Virus record (IMG/VR): IMGVR_UViG_3300020045_007216
Location: 1 to 46,497 of that record
Length of the DNA stretch: 46,497 nt
Strand: one strand, 5' to 3'
Source: a virus
Lineage: Duplodnaviria; Caudoviricetes
This document shows, one piece after another, positions 25,839 through 34,782 of this stretch. Numbering within the stretch: position 1 is the first letter of the stretch; each line of letters opens with the position of its first letter. The position numbers and the translations under genes are program-made. The notes under the pieces are model-generated. The model was not told where the DNA came from. It ran no database searches and worked only from the letters and a program-made list of their open reading frames with translations.

Positions 25839-25884
25839 AGCCCCAACCCTTAACCGGCGCGGGGCTTTTTATTGTCCGCTTGAC
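25839..25884 (+). repeat. 46-bp terminator + -35 module, copy 1
   Basis: AGCCCCAACCCTTAACCGGyGCGGGGCTTTTTATTGyCCGCTTGAC; 2 mismatches versus 26011-26056. Confidence 0.9.
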
Positions 25885-25908
25885 CACAGTGGCGAGCCCG
25901 CATATGCT
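25880..25908 (+). promoter_or_regulatory. Promoter family copy
   Basis: TTGACC-ACAGTGGCGAGCCCGCA-TATGCT. Confidence 0.65.
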
Positions 25909-25913
25909 TCAAT

Positions 25914-26042
25914 TGTCTAGTTTGAAATGTGTTAGTGCCACGCATGGTTCTGCATCGGCTGTAAAAAGCGAGAAGGTTCTACGCCCTGGTAAGTGAAGGC
26001 CGAATCGCCAAGCCCCAACCCTTAACCGGTGCGGGGCTTTTT
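25914..26042 (+). ncRNA. Putative stand-alone ~125-nt sRNA
   Basis: Own promoter and terminator; only 2- and 6-codon ATG ORFs inside. Confidence 0.5.
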
Positions 26043-26056
26043 ATTGCCCGCTTGAC
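26011..26056 (+). repeat. 46-bp terminator + -35 module, copy 2
   Basis: Near-identical to 25839-25884. Confidence 0.9.
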
Positions 26057-26080
26057 AGAATGCCTAAGCCCGAATAGCCT
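26052..26080 (+). promoter_or_regulatory. Promoter family copy
   Basis: TTGACA-GAATGCCTAAGCCCGAA-TAGCCT. Confidence 0.8.
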
Positions 26081-26112
26081 GTGCGGACGTTAACCAAACA
26101 GGTGATAAGGCG

Positions 26113-26403
26113 ATGGAAAAAGCACAGTGGGACCCGAAATTTTTGATCTGGGCAGAGGCAGAGCTTCCCGACGTAGTGAGGGCTCTCGACCTGGGCAACC
26201 CCGAGGCACAGAGGGCACTGTCAGTGGGCGGGCACGCCTGGATCGCCGCACGCGCTACTCCGCTGGCCCTCCCGGCCCGCACCGAAACCCTGCCCACTGG
26301 TGACGCCTTCGCGACCGAACGGGCTAACGGCCGCAACCAGGCGCTGAAAGAGTGCGCCGCCATGCTCAAGGCTCAGGGCTTTAAGGTGGTGGGCTATGAG
26401 TGA
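26113..26403 (+). CDS. Hypothetical protein
   Basis: SD present; first of an overlapping small-gene run. Confidence 0.65.
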   Translation: MEKAQWDPKFLIWAEAELPDVVRALDLGNPEAQRALSVGGHAWIAARATPLALPARTETLPTGDAFATERANGRNQALKECAAMLKAQGFKVVGYE

Positions 26404-26740
26404 CCATAACCAGGTGCCCGAGCAGTTTGAAGAAGCGGTCAAGCGCGCTGCCGTCGAGCACTACGGGTACGGGCGGAGTGACGCCTTGTTAAAGACGCTG
26501 CTGGATCGCAATCGCAACGGGCGTTTCGCGGTCGATTGGGTGAACGGCTTCCTGTTTGCCCGGCAGGCATCGCGCCAGGCGGTTGTCGTGGAGCTGCCGA
26601 ATCGTCCGTATGCCTCCGAAGAAGATCAAGAGCAGATGACGGATTACGAGATGGGCCTCGGCCATGGCGGCTGCGAATTGTGGGACAAAATTAAGGGGGC
26701 CATCGAGGCCCAGGGTCTGCGCTGCGAGGTAAAATCCTAA
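26396..26740 (+). CDS. Hypothetical protein
   Basis: ASRQAVVVELP...AIEAQGL motif resembles the preceding gene's C-terminus. Confidence 0.65.
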   Translation: MSDHNQVPEQFEEAVKRAAVEHYGYGRSDALLKTLLDRNRNGRFAVDWVNGFLFARQASRQAVVVELPNRPYASEEDQEQMTDYEMGLGHGGCELWDKIKGAIEAQGLRCEVKS

Positions 26741-26958
26741 TGCCCCTGTTCCTGCTTGAAACCAATGACGGCGCCGTTCGCCAGGTGCTGCGCGCCAAGT
26801 GCCTGAGCTGCGCCCGGTCGGTCGCTGCCAATGTTGCCGGGCTTGAAGGCCCGATGGTGTGGCGCAACCCCGATCTATCAACCGTGAAGCCGATTCAGCC
26901 CGATGCAGGCGTGTCGGGCGTGGTGTTGAGGCTTGACAACGTGTGCAAGGGCGAATAG
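26740..26958 (+). CDS. Hypothetical protein
   Basis: TAATG coupling; GAGGT SD. Confidence 0.6.
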   Translation: MPLFLLETNDGAVRQVLRAKCLSCARSVAANVAGLEGPMVWRNPDLSTVKPIQPDAGVSGVVLRLDNVCKGE

Positions 26959-26961
26959 CCT
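26933..26961 (+). promoter_or_regulatory. Promoter family copy
   Basis: TTGACA-ACGTGTGCAAGGGCGAA-TAGCCT. Confidence 0.8.
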
Positions 26962-26990
26962 GACAGGACTTTCAACCGATAGGAGCTAGG

Positions 26991-27557
26991 GTGATGGATT
27001 TAGAAGTGCTAGATCAAAGCAAATACGCCCAAGTGTGCCAGGCGATGGAGTCGCGGGCCCTTTTCGAGCTTAAAGGCGCGGGGGTAGAGGCTTACTTTTT
27101 GGCCCAATCAATAAATCGGGATTATCGGTCGGGCTGCATCAGCGTCGAGCTTGTTCAAGTTTTTGACCGGGACGACAAATGTGAAAAGCCACAAAACGAG
27201 CCAGCCCCCTGGAACGGCAAAGGTCGGCCGCCGGTTGGAACGATGTGCGAGTTCCTCCATCTCGGGGTTAAGGATTGGGTCGCGGTCACGGTCTACGCAT
27301 ATCCCGGCAACACCCACCTATTAGGGGTTACCGATAGCCCACTCTGGGAGTCGAACAACGGTGCGTGTCGGATAAACCTTGACGGCTGCAAGTTCCGCCC
27401 GGTCCGCACCGCTGAGCAGATCGCGGCCGAAAAACGAGGGAGGGACGCTGAAGACCTGGCGGAAACCATGAGCGGCCATCGCGATCGATCAAAAGATTGC
27501 TACCTGACTCTTGCTAAAGTCGTTTTAGACGCCGGCTACCGCAAGGTTGACCAATGA
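26991..27557 (+). CDS. Hypothetical protein (WNGxGxPPVGTxCE...FRPxRTxEQIAAE...DAGYRK type)
   Basis: AGGAG SD; motif common in phage accessory proteins. Confidence 0.75.
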   Translation: MMDLEVLDQSKYAQVCQAMESRALFELKGAGVEAYFLAQSINRDYRSGCISVELVQVFDRDDKCEKPQNEPAPWNGKGRPPVGTMCEFLHLGVKDWVAVTVYAYPGNTHLLGVTDSPLWESNNGACRINLDGCKFRPVRTAEQIAAEKRGRDAEDLAETMSGHRDRSKDCYLTLAKVVLDAGYRKVDQ

Positions 27558-27715
27558 ATACTCATCGCCTCAAGGACCGCAAAGGCCACTGGCACCCCGC
27601 CGCGCGGTCTAGCAGCCGCCCAGGCACATGGGTCCAGTACAACAAGAACGACGAACCGGCACGCTTGTGGCTGCCGGGCCAATTCGATGTCAAATCAGTG
27701 CAGGTGATCGCATGA
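27554..27715 (+). CDS. Small hypothetical protein (53 aa; not in the ORF track)
   Basis: ATGA overlaps at both ends. Confidence 0.55.
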   Translation: MNTHRLKDRKGHWHPAARSSSRPGTWVQYNKNDEPARLWLPGQFDVKSVQVIA

Positions 27716-28098
27716 GCAAAACAGGCGGCAGCAACGATTATTACGCGCTTGAAGTGCGCAACACCCTCGACGGTCGCGAGGCCTTCACCGTTCAGTGCCT
27801 TGAGATTATCGAAACGCTGGGCATGACATTTGCCGAGGGCGAGGCCTTCAAGGCGATCTGGCGCACATGCGCGGCGCGTACTCTGGGCAAGGAGAAACCG
27901 GGCAATACCGCGCTGTATGACGCCGAAAAGGTCCAGTTTTACGGCGGCCGGATAGTCGCGGCGTGCGTTTGGCGACCGGGCGAATCGGTTTTAGTCGAAA
28001 GTGCCTCATTGCCGGATGGCTTTCACGAGTACTCGCAGGGGCAAGCGCTACCGGCCCCGCACCTTCCAAGTGACTTGGCGTATGACGGTCACGACTGA
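27712..28098 (+). CDS. DUF3310-like protein
   Basis: GGSNDYY...CLEIIETLGMTFAEGEAFKAIWR...DAEKVQFY; start ATG 27712. Confidence 0.65.
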   Translation: MSKTGGSNDYYALEVRNTLDGREAFTVQCLEIIETLGMTFAEGEAFKAIWRTCAARTLGKEKPGNTALYDAEKVQFYGGRIVAACVWRPGESVLVESASLPDGFHEYSQGQALPAPHLPSDLAYDGHD

Positions 28099-29030
28099 CC
28101 GCCTTTCGATTTAGTGACCGTCACTGCATTTTTCTTTTCCCATTCGGCGCTCGCCGCGCGCAATCGGTCGATCAGGCCTTTGCTGCGCGGCTCGCCGTTT
28201 TCGTCTACAAGCACTTCGCTCGAACTGCACTTGCAGTTGATTGCCGTCGACCCCTCTGCAAACCAATCGCGCTCCTCTTCAACCGTGAAAATCTGACCCG
28301 ACCGGGCGGCGTGAGTCACCCGCGTAGTGGGTGACAGGGCCGACAGGTGCAGAACCTTCACCATGATGCCTAAGCGCTGTTGTGCGTCCTGCGTCTCGTC
28401 CATGCGCGCCGTCCGCAGAGCCTGGTTTATCTCGGTGCGGGCAAGGCGTTCGGCGCGGCGTTCCTCGATGCCGGTCTGCGCGGTTATGTTCTTGGCGATT
28501 TCCAGCGGCCCGATGCCCTGCGCCAGCCCGGCGGTGAGCTGCTGCGCCAGTCCCTGTTTGACGTTACCGGCCAGGCCCTTCATTTCTTCAAACTCGCGCG
28601 CCTGCAACAGACCCAGCCGGTTCTGATACGGCGTGCTTTGAAGCAAGGCGGTCAGCGTCGGCCTGTCGCGCCTGTACTCCGGCGACTGGGCACCCAGGTT
28701 GCGCCAGGCGGCCGCTGCGCCCTTTTCATACGCCGGCAGGACGAACTGCAAGCTGAACCAGTTGCGCGGGTTTACGGCGTCGAGGATCACGTCTACGAGC
28801 TTGGCGGTGTCGTCTAGGAGCTGGGTCAGCAGGTTCGGCAGCAGCCGAAAACTGTAACGCTTGGCGGCATTGACGGTAATTTCGTCAAATTCGATCAGGT
28901 CAAGGACGCGCAGGTATTCCGCCCGGCACAATCGGATCCGGCGCTTGAACTCGGCGTCGGCCTGCCGAACCTTGGCCGCCGTGCCCATCGGATCGCCTAG
29001 GTTTGTCGGGAGGATCGGACGGCCGGCCAT
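28089..29030 (-). CDS. Head morphogenesis protein (SPP1 gp7/Mu gpF-like)
   Basis: RAERLARTEI, TRVTHAARSG, INCKCS; follows the portal. Confidence 0.88.
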   Translation of the reverse strand: MAGRPILPTNLGDPMGTAAKVRQADAEFKRRIRLCRAEYLRVLDLIEFDEITVNAAKRYSFRLLPNLLTQLLDDTAKLVDVILDAVNPRNWFSLQFVLPAYEKGAAAAWRNLGAQSPEYRRDRPTLTALLQSTPYQNRLGLLQAREFEEMKGLAGNVKQGLAQQLTAGLAQGIGPLEIAKNITAQTGIEERRAERLARTEINQALRTARMDETQDAQQRLGIMVKVLHLSALSPTTRVTHAARSGQIFTVEEERDWFAEGSTAINCKCSSSEVLVDENGEPRSKGLIDRLRAASAEWEKKNAVTVTKSKGGQS

Positions 29031-30421
29031 CAGGCAACCGCCCCGACGCCGGTCGCAGCAGGCACAGCGGCTACCGGGACGATTGGTTCAGGCTCGACGT
29101 CGGGCATGTCGTTTTCGCGGGCTGCATCACTCTCGTCGTCATTCTCATAGCCGGCGGCTTCACGGATTTCGGTCGAGGCAAACACCGGCACGTCGCCGTT
29201 ACCTGCCGATTTCTGGTTGACGTCGGCCATCGTCAGCGCGGCGGCCAGTTTTTCACTGGTCGAGGCTTCCGTTAGGTCGTCCCACATGAAAGTGGTTTCG
29301 CCTGCGGGCCGGGCGACCACCTGCACGCGCATTAGGTGTTCGAGCAGCAGTTCACCGTCGTCAGTTAGCAGGCCGACGCGGCGCCCCTGGCTGTATTTTG
29401 CGAATTGCTTGAGGTCCTCGGTACTCGCCCGCTCGCCCGACTGGTTACCACTGATGATCTTCGACGACAAGCCCCCGGCGCTGGCCGAAATGGTGCGCAG
29501 GTTGATTTCGTAGTGTGGGGTGGGGTCGGGTACGACTGCTACCAGGGGCGTAACGGTGCCGCCCCAGGTCACCATTGAGGCGTCGATACCGGTGTTCAGG
29601 TCGCGGGTCTGTTCGTCGATCAGGCCCTGCAACTCACTGGCGTTCTTGAGCCCATTTGCGCGCAGCAGGTCGTCAGGCTTCGTTTCCTTGTCGAAGTTGA
29701 TCGAAATTTGTCGAGCGGCGTTTTTCAGGTAGGACTCACCACTGCCCCCTTCGATTTTTTCGAGGTTCACGAAAGCGTTATAGCCGGCCTTCAGGAAGCT
29801 AACGCCGTTGCGCCAGTCGCCGATGATTATAATCCGGTCAGGATGCACAGTGACGTTGCGCGTTGGCGGGGCGTTCTCGCCGGGCGCGGGGGGCCGCAGG
29901 GTGCCTTCGGTGAACGTCCAGGACTTCGGTTCGCCATAACGTGCATTGGTTTCGTCCGTCTCAATATCGCCAGGCTTGAGCTGCCCTTCCCAAGCGGGGA
30001 TAAATTTCTTCACGACTACCCGAGCGCCGGCAACCGGCTGATCAAATCTCTTGGCGTCGGCCAGTTGCAGGATGATGGCCGAGAACCGGCCGACCATGCG
30101 ATAACGATCAGCGGTCGAAAAGGCTTTCCACAACTTGGTGCGCTTGGCGAACAGCCTGAATTCCTTTTCCCACGGCGTCTCCTTGCGTTTCTCGTCGTAC
30201 TCGTCGCCTTCAATGACCCAGGGTTTCGTCTCGAAACACTTGTCGTTGATGAGGTTCACGACACCGTGTGCCACGCCCTGGCGCTCGTACAGGTTATAGA
30301 AATCGGTAAATTCGAGCGTTTGTTTCCAGCCGTATTCCTGCCAAGCGTGCTTGCGCTTATCGTCAGTGCCCATGCCGGGAATCATATTCAGCAGTCTGTT
30401 AAACAGCGGCGGTCGTTGCAT
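29030..30421 (-). CDS. Portal protein (DUF1073-like), 463 aa; true start ATG 30421
   Basis: AWQEYGW...FYNLYERQGVAHGVV, VHPDRII, NLEKIEGGSGESYLKNAARQ, GNQSGERASTED. Confidence 0.85.
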   Translation of the reverse strand: MQRPPLFNRLLNMIPGMGTDDKRKHAWQEYGWKQTLEFTDFYNLYERQGVAHGVVNLINDKCFETKPWVIEGDEYDEKRKETPWEKEFRLFAKRTKLWKAFSTADRYRMVGRFSAIILQLADAKRFDQPVAGARVVVKKFIPAWEGQLKPGDIETDETNARYGEPKSWTFTEGTLRPPAPGENAPPTRNVTVHPDRIIIIGDWRNGVSFLKAGYNAFVNLEKIEGGSGESYLKNAARQISINFDKETKPDDLLRANGLKNASELQGLIDEQTRDLNTGIDASMVTWGGTVTPLVAVVPDPTPHYEINLRTISASAGGLSSKIISGNQSGERASTEDLKQFAKYSQGRRVGLLTDDGELLLEHLMRVQVVARPAGETTFMWDDLTEASTSEKLAAALTMADVNQKSAGNGDVPVFASTEIREAAGYENDDESDAARENDMPDVEPEPIVPVAAVPAATGVGAVA

Positions 30422-30451
30422 GGTCGCGAGTCCAGTGTCGGGCAAATTATT

Positions 30452-30464
30452 GGGTATGATACCC
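30452..30464. promoter_or_regulatory. Palindromic divergent -10 element (GGGTATGATACCC) between the portal and protease genes
   Basis: Reads GGTATGAT on + and GGTATCAT on -, in the 78-bp divergent gap. Confidence 0.55.
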
Positions 30465-30499
30465 TTGCACGCATAACCACGCACCCGGAGTGCCCCAGC

Positions 30500-31870
30500 A
30501 TGTTCAAGCTTCACGCCCTCACCCGCTGGCTGCGCGCCGGCTCCAAGAAACCCGCACCGCTCACGTTGCATGTCAACGACTCGACCGGCAGCCGCGAACG
30601 AGTAAACCTTCAAGCCCTCGTGAGCAATTCGGCCATTCGCCTCGAAACGCACAACGGGCGCAAACACCTGGTGCTGCCGTCGTACACGCTGCCGAATGAC
30701 GTGGTGATGAACGGGCTGCTCTACCCGGCGGCGGAAATCGAGGCCAGCTATAAGGGTCTGGAAGGCAAGCTGGCGCCGCTGGGGCACCCTACGGTCAATG
30801 GCACGTACGTATCGGCCAACGCCGCAGAAGCGATCAACGCCCACCACATTGGGGCATGGAACCGTAACGTGGAACGCCGCGGTAACCGCGTGTATCTGGA
30901 AAAGTGGGTCGACGTTGAGTACGCGGCCAATACCGAAGGTGGCAAACGCCTGCTGGCGCGCGTGGGGTTTGACAGCGCCAAGGGCGAAATGGGCACGCCG
31001 CAAGGCAACGTCCATACGTCGACCGGTATTTTCCTCAATGCTGACCTGACCGCCAACGGCGTGACGCAGGATGGCACGCATTACCGGGGCACTGCGACCA
31101 ATATGGTCATGGATCACGACTGCATTCTGCTCGATCAGCCGGGGGCCGCAACACCGGACCAGGGCGTGGGTCTGATGGTGAATAACCTGAATGTTGCTGA
31201 TGCTGTGCCGCTGCACGCCAACGAAGTATTGAGTGCCACGAGTTTCGGCAAGCTCCAGCGCCTGTTGGGTGATGCGGCCCAGGCCAAGTGGGGCACCGAC
31301 CAGAAATACGTCTGGCTTGAAGATTTCGACGCCACAACGGCCGTCATCCGTGCGGGCGATAACACCCAGGCGGTGGCTTATTCGGTCAAAGACGGCCGGG
31401 TAGAATGGGCGGATACCGCCACGCCGGTAAAACAAAAGACCGAATGGGCCGAAATCCCTATCGTCAATAGATTTTTACAATCTCTCGGGTTTAACTTAAA
31501 CTCGGGGCCTGAAACCAAACCATCTATCGAGAGCGATCCCGAAATGACCAAAGAAGAGCTTGCAGCGGCGTTCGCTGCCAATAACGAAGCGATTGCCGGA
31601 CTGCTGAAGCCTATCGGCGACCGCCTGACCGCTCTCGAAACGAACCAGAAGGCGCTCGGCGACAGCCTCACCGCCAACACCCGCGCCGCTGAAGCCGACA
31701 AACGCGCCGTGGTCGCCAAGCACATGGGCCAGGTCGTCGCTGATGCGCTCACCGGCAACGCGCTGGACGAGGCGCATGCCAAACTGGTCGGTTCGGCTGG
31801 CCTGGTTGGTGGTCTGCAGGCTAACAACGATGCCGACGGCTACCAGAAAACCCCGCTGGCAGGAGCGTAA
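30500..31870 (+). CDS. Prohead protease/scaffold protein; true start ATG 30500
   Basis: GGAG SD; APLGHP, STG, DHDCILLDQPGA; helical C-terminal scaffold-like part. Confidence 0.8.
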   Translation: MFKLHALTRWLRAGSKKPAPLTLHVNDSTGSRERVNLQALVSNSAIRLETHNGRKHLVLPSYTLPNDVVMNGLLYPAAEIEASYKGLEGKLAPLGHPTVNGTYVSANAAEAINAHHIGAWNRNVERRGNRVYLEKWVDVEYAANTEGGKRLLARVGFDSAKGEMGTPQGNVHTSTGIFLNADLTANGVTQDGTHYRGTATNMVMDHDCILLDQPGAATPDQGVGLMVNNLNVADAVPLHANEVLSATSFGKLQRLLGDAAQAKWGTDQKYVWLEDFDATTAVIRAGDNTQAVAYSVKDGRVEWADTATPVKQKTEWAEIPIVNRFLQSLGFNLNSGPETKPSIESDPEMTKEELAAAFAANNEAIAGLLKPIGDRLTALETNQKALGDSLTANTRAAEADKRAVVAKHMGQVVADALTGNALDEAHAKLVGSAGLVGGLQANNDADGYQKTPLAGA

Positions 31871-31873
31871 ACC

Positions 31874-32314
31874 ATGGCCATTCAGAACGGTCCGAAACGC
31901 AAGATTTACCGCGGCGGTGTTGAAGAAAACACCCCGCAGGTGCTGGAGCTGCCCGCAGGTGCCGCCGGCATTAAACCTGGCAACATCGTGATTCGCAGCG
32001 GTAACACCCTGGTCGTCGGCACCGCTGCGACAGCGGCATATGCCTACATCGCCGATGCCCCGCCGCACAAGGACCCGCTTACCTACGTTTACGCGGCTGG
32101 CGAAACCGTTTTCGCCTACATCCCGCGTAGTCGAGACGTTTTCCTGGTCCGTGTTGCGGCCTCCCAGACCCTCGTTGCGGATTCTCCGATTGCAGCGGAT
32201 GCTGCTGGCCGCGTAGACCTCGGCGTTGTAGGCACTGACCCCATTATCGGCTATTCGGTGTTCGCTTCGGCGGGCGCTGCGGTCGATACCCTGATCGACA
32301 TGAGGATCAAATAA
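31874..32314 (+). CDS. Head decoration/cement protein
   Basis: Small Ala/Val-rich protein between scaffold and capsid. Confidence 0.65.
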   Translation: MAIQNGPKRKIYRGGVEENTPQVLELPAGAAGIKPGNIVIRSGNTLVVGTAATAAYAYIADAPPHKDPLTYVYAAGETVFAYIPRSRDVFLVRVAASQTLVADSPIAADAAGRVDLGVVGTDPIIGYSVFASAGAAVDTLIDMRIK

Positions 32315-32315
32315 C

Positions 32316-33353
32316 ATGTCCCTGATTCTCAACGCAGCGGTTTGCGCTGCAAGCCTGGCGGCTAATGCCCAGTACAACGCCCGCGAAGACTTGCGCGCCG
32401 TTGGCTATCACATGAACCGCGGCCTGGCCCAGATGGGCGGCCTGGCGGTCAACGCCCTGCCGGACCTCGCGCCTCGGGCCTGGCTCGACCTGGATACTCA
32501 AACCACCCAGTTGATCGGCCAGGAAACCGACGTACTGTTCCAGGACGTTTACGCCCTGAGCCGTTCGATCAACATCGGCAAACTGGTTGCGGCTTATCGC
32601 CGTATCGGCGCTATGGACCAGGGCACCACGACTATCAGCGGCCAGGGCACCAAGTTGATGGGTGACGTCGGCGCCGATTACGATGGCGTGCTGATCCCGA
32701 TTCACGAAAAGTCGTTCGGCAAGAAGTGGCGCGAGCTCGAAGGCCTGCGCACCATCGGCGCCGATGACATCGCAGACGCTCAAGCCGCTTCGGTTCGTGA
32801 AGTTCTGCGCCTGATGACCGTGAACATGATCGACGGCAGCCCGCTGCTGAATTATCAGGGCGCACAGTCGTACGGCATCAAGACCAACCCGAACACCCTG
32901 GCGGTCACACTGACCCAGGACCTGACCGACCCCGCTGCGACCTATCAGGCGTTGTTCAGCCAGGTCGTGCGCTTCGTGCAGGCGATCCGTGGCGGCAACA
33001 ATCGTGTCGCTGGTGAAGTGACCATGTACGTTTCGCCTGAAATCGAAACCAACATGCTCCGCACTACCGATTCGACTACTATCAGCCGCAGTTTCTACCG
33101 CGCTATCCTGGAAGATGTGCCCGGCCTGACAGCCATCAAGACCTCCCAGTTGCTGACCGGCAACCAGGTTATCGGTATCGTGCTGAACCGCGCGTATATT
33201 GAGCCCCTCACCGGTATGGCTGTGAACACCACGCCTATCCCGCGCAACGTACCGTTCGCGGATTACCACTGGCTGACCTGGTCGGCGTCGGGTTTGCTCA
33301 TCAAGGCAGACCAGGCGGGCCGTACAGGCGTTGCATACGGAGCATCCGCATAA
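32316..33353 (+). CDS. Major capsid protein
   Basis: Position, 345 aa, strongly biased codon usage. Confidence 0.8.
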   Translation: MSLILNAAVCAASLAANAQYNAREDLRAVGYHMNRGLAQMGGLAVNALPDLAPRAWLDLDTQTTQLIGQETDVLFQDVYALSRSINIGKLVAAYRRIGAMDQGTTTISGQGTKLMGDVGADYDGVLIPIHEKSFGKKWRELEGLRTIGADDIADAQAASVREVLRLMTVNMIDGSPLLNYQGAQSYGIKTNPNTLAVTLTQDLTDPAATYQALFSQVVRFVQAIRGGNNRVAGEVTMYVSPEIETNMLRTTDSTTISRSFYRAILEDVPGLTAIKTSQLLTGNQVIGIVLNRAYIEPLTGMAVNTTPIPRNVPFADYHWLTWSASGLLIKADQAGRTGVAYGASA

Positions 33354-33652
33354 TGGCCAAGACCGCGAAGTTTGAACTGATCGGCCAAGTCGTTGGCCAC
33401 CCTGAACATGGCGACCTGCAACGCGGCGACGTGTTGACCCTGGAAGTCGGCGACGACAACCTGCCGAAAGCCGAGCTGTTCCGCAGCCGCACGCGACCGT
33501 TGGGCCGTTCGGTTGAAGACGCAGGCGACGTAGGCAAGGCTGAAGCACAAGCTGCCAAGATCATCGAGGACGCCGAGGGCGAAGCCTTGCTGATCGTCGA
33601 AGCGGCCAAAGCTGAAGCTGCTGAAATCGTTGCGAAAGCCAACAAGAAATAG
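33353..33652 (+). CDS. Small head-associated protein
   Basis: Coupled to the capsid stop; AKAEAAEI helical repeats. Confidence 0.65.
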   Translation: MAKTAKFELIGQVVGHPEHGDLQRGDVLTLEVGDDNLPKAELFRSRTRPLGRSVEDAGDVGKAEAQAAKIIEDAEGEALLIVEAAKAEAAEIVAKANKK

Positions 33653-33670
33653 GCTGCCCACCGCGACACC

Positions 33671-33696
33671 AAAAAGCCCCTTCACCGGGGCTTTTC
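33671..33696. terminator. Bidirectional intrinsic terminator
   Basis: AAAAAGCCCC-TTCACC-GGGGCTTTTC between convergent genes. Confidence 0.85.
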
Positions 33697-33704
33697 TATG
33701 GGCG

Positions 33705-33872
33705 TTATTCAACCAGCAGCCAAACCCCTAAAGCGATAACTCCAGCAAGCAGCGCGGTCACCGAAACCGCCAGTACGGCTTTTTCGACATCGCCATGTGC
33801 GGCGGTGACCGCAAGTGCCAGGTACACCGATAGGATAATCGACAGGCCAAGGAACTTTTTAAAGATTCTCAT
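33705..33872 (-). CDS. Small two-TM membrane protein (55 aa; not in the ORF track)
   Basis: MRIFKKFLGLSIILSVYLALAV...VLAVSVTALLAGVIALGVWLLVE; ATGA coupling. Confidence 0.6.
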   Translation of the reverse strand: MRIFKKFLGLSIILSVYLALAVTAAHGDVEKAVLAVSVTALLAGVIALGVWLLVE

Positions 33873-34123
33873 TTATGCAGAACCCAGATCAGTGTCAGCG
33901 AAACGGCCAAGAACGCGACCGACATAGCGACGAACGCCGCTGTCACGAACCACAGTTGTGATTGCAGGCTGTCGCGCTCAACGCGCAAGCACTCGGCCGC
34001 AGCCGGCGCGTAGATGTCGGCACCATACATGCTGTGAAGGTCGGGGCAGCGGCCGAAAGGGGCAGAACGCTCAGGCGCTTTGCCGATGCGGCGGGGTTTT
34101 TGAAGCATCTCATTCGTAATCAT
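33869..34123 (-). CDS. Small protein with C-terminal TM segment
   Basis: GAGGA SD before ATG 34123. Confidence 0.6.
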   Translation of the reverse strand: MITNEMLQKPRRIGKAPERSAPFGRCPDLHSMYGADIYAPAAAECLRVERDSLQSQLWFVTAAFVAMSVAFLAVSLTLIWVLHK

Positions 34124-34140
34124 GGTAGGTCCTCGGCGGG

Positions 34141-34743
34141 TCAGAGGCGCATCGGCATAACGCACACATAGGCGTTAGTCAATGAGGGGTGGTCGCCAGC
34201 AAGGTTGGCTTCAAAGCGCATAACCTCATCGGGGCCGGTTAAGTGGAGCTTGACCCCTTTATATTTTTTGTTTGCCACCTTGGCTAAGGCGGCGCACGCT
34301 TCGGCCACGTAGGGCGCACAAAAACCGATAGCGGAAACCCCTCCCTCAGCAAACGATGGCCGTTTGGCCTCCGGGGCGACGCGACGCCAGTCGGGGAACT
34401 TACCCGCAACGCCCTCAACGGCGATTAATTGGCCGGCAATAGCAAAAGTCGCGACGCGCTCCGCAAGGAATGAAATTTCTACGTCCCCTGATGTTTTCGG
34501 GAGGCTAAGCAAGAGCTTTACTTGCGAGTGAGGGACAGTAATACACTCGTGTTTTCCGTCAGGTAGCGGGGCGCTTCCGTAGTTCAACTGAGCCACTGCG
34601 CAGCGATGACCATCTGTCCCGACCAGGGTCAATTGAACACCGTTCCACTCAATGAAAACGCCATTGAGGTAGTAGCGAAGGTCTCTAGTCGCAGCGGCAT
34701 GGGCCGCCATTTTCAATCCTGCCAAAAAACAGGTCTGCTTCAT
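34141..34743 (-). CDS. Truncated DNA polymerase III beta-clamp-like protein
   Basis: DLRYYLNGVFIE, LVGTDGHR, GKFPDWRRV and terminal MPMRL, as in DnaN domains 2-3. Confidence 0.85.
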   Translation of the reverse strand: MKQTCFLAGLKMAAHAAATRDLRYYLNGVFIEWNGVQLTLVGTDGHRCAVAQLNYGSAPLPDGKHECITVPHSQVKLLLSLPKTSGDVEISFLAERVATFAIAGQLIAVEGVAGKFPDWRRVAPEAKRPSFAEGGVSAIGFCAPYVAEACAALAKVANKKYKGVKLHLTGPDEVMRFEANLAGDHPSLTNAYVCVMPMRL

Positions 34744-34782
34744 CGTCTTGCCCTCCAGGGCGTTGTGCGTTTCGATGAGTTC

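Noticed and set aside
25040-26040. RsmY/Z-like sponge RNA, CRISPR array or solitary CRISPR repeat
   Set aside because: GGA motifs are not enriched; no repeat-spacer periodicity or convincing match to repeats I know
29708-31435. Long overlapping N-terminal extensions of the 801-aa and 720-aa ORFs
   Set aside because: Antisense shadows of each other; family-like sequence begins at 30421(-) and at 30500(+), which has a GGAG SD
5773-33548. Long antisense ORFs (e.g. 5773-6660, 20082-21200, 24217-25062, 32307-33548)
   Set aside because: Shadow frames of GC-rich genes with no motifs or RBS
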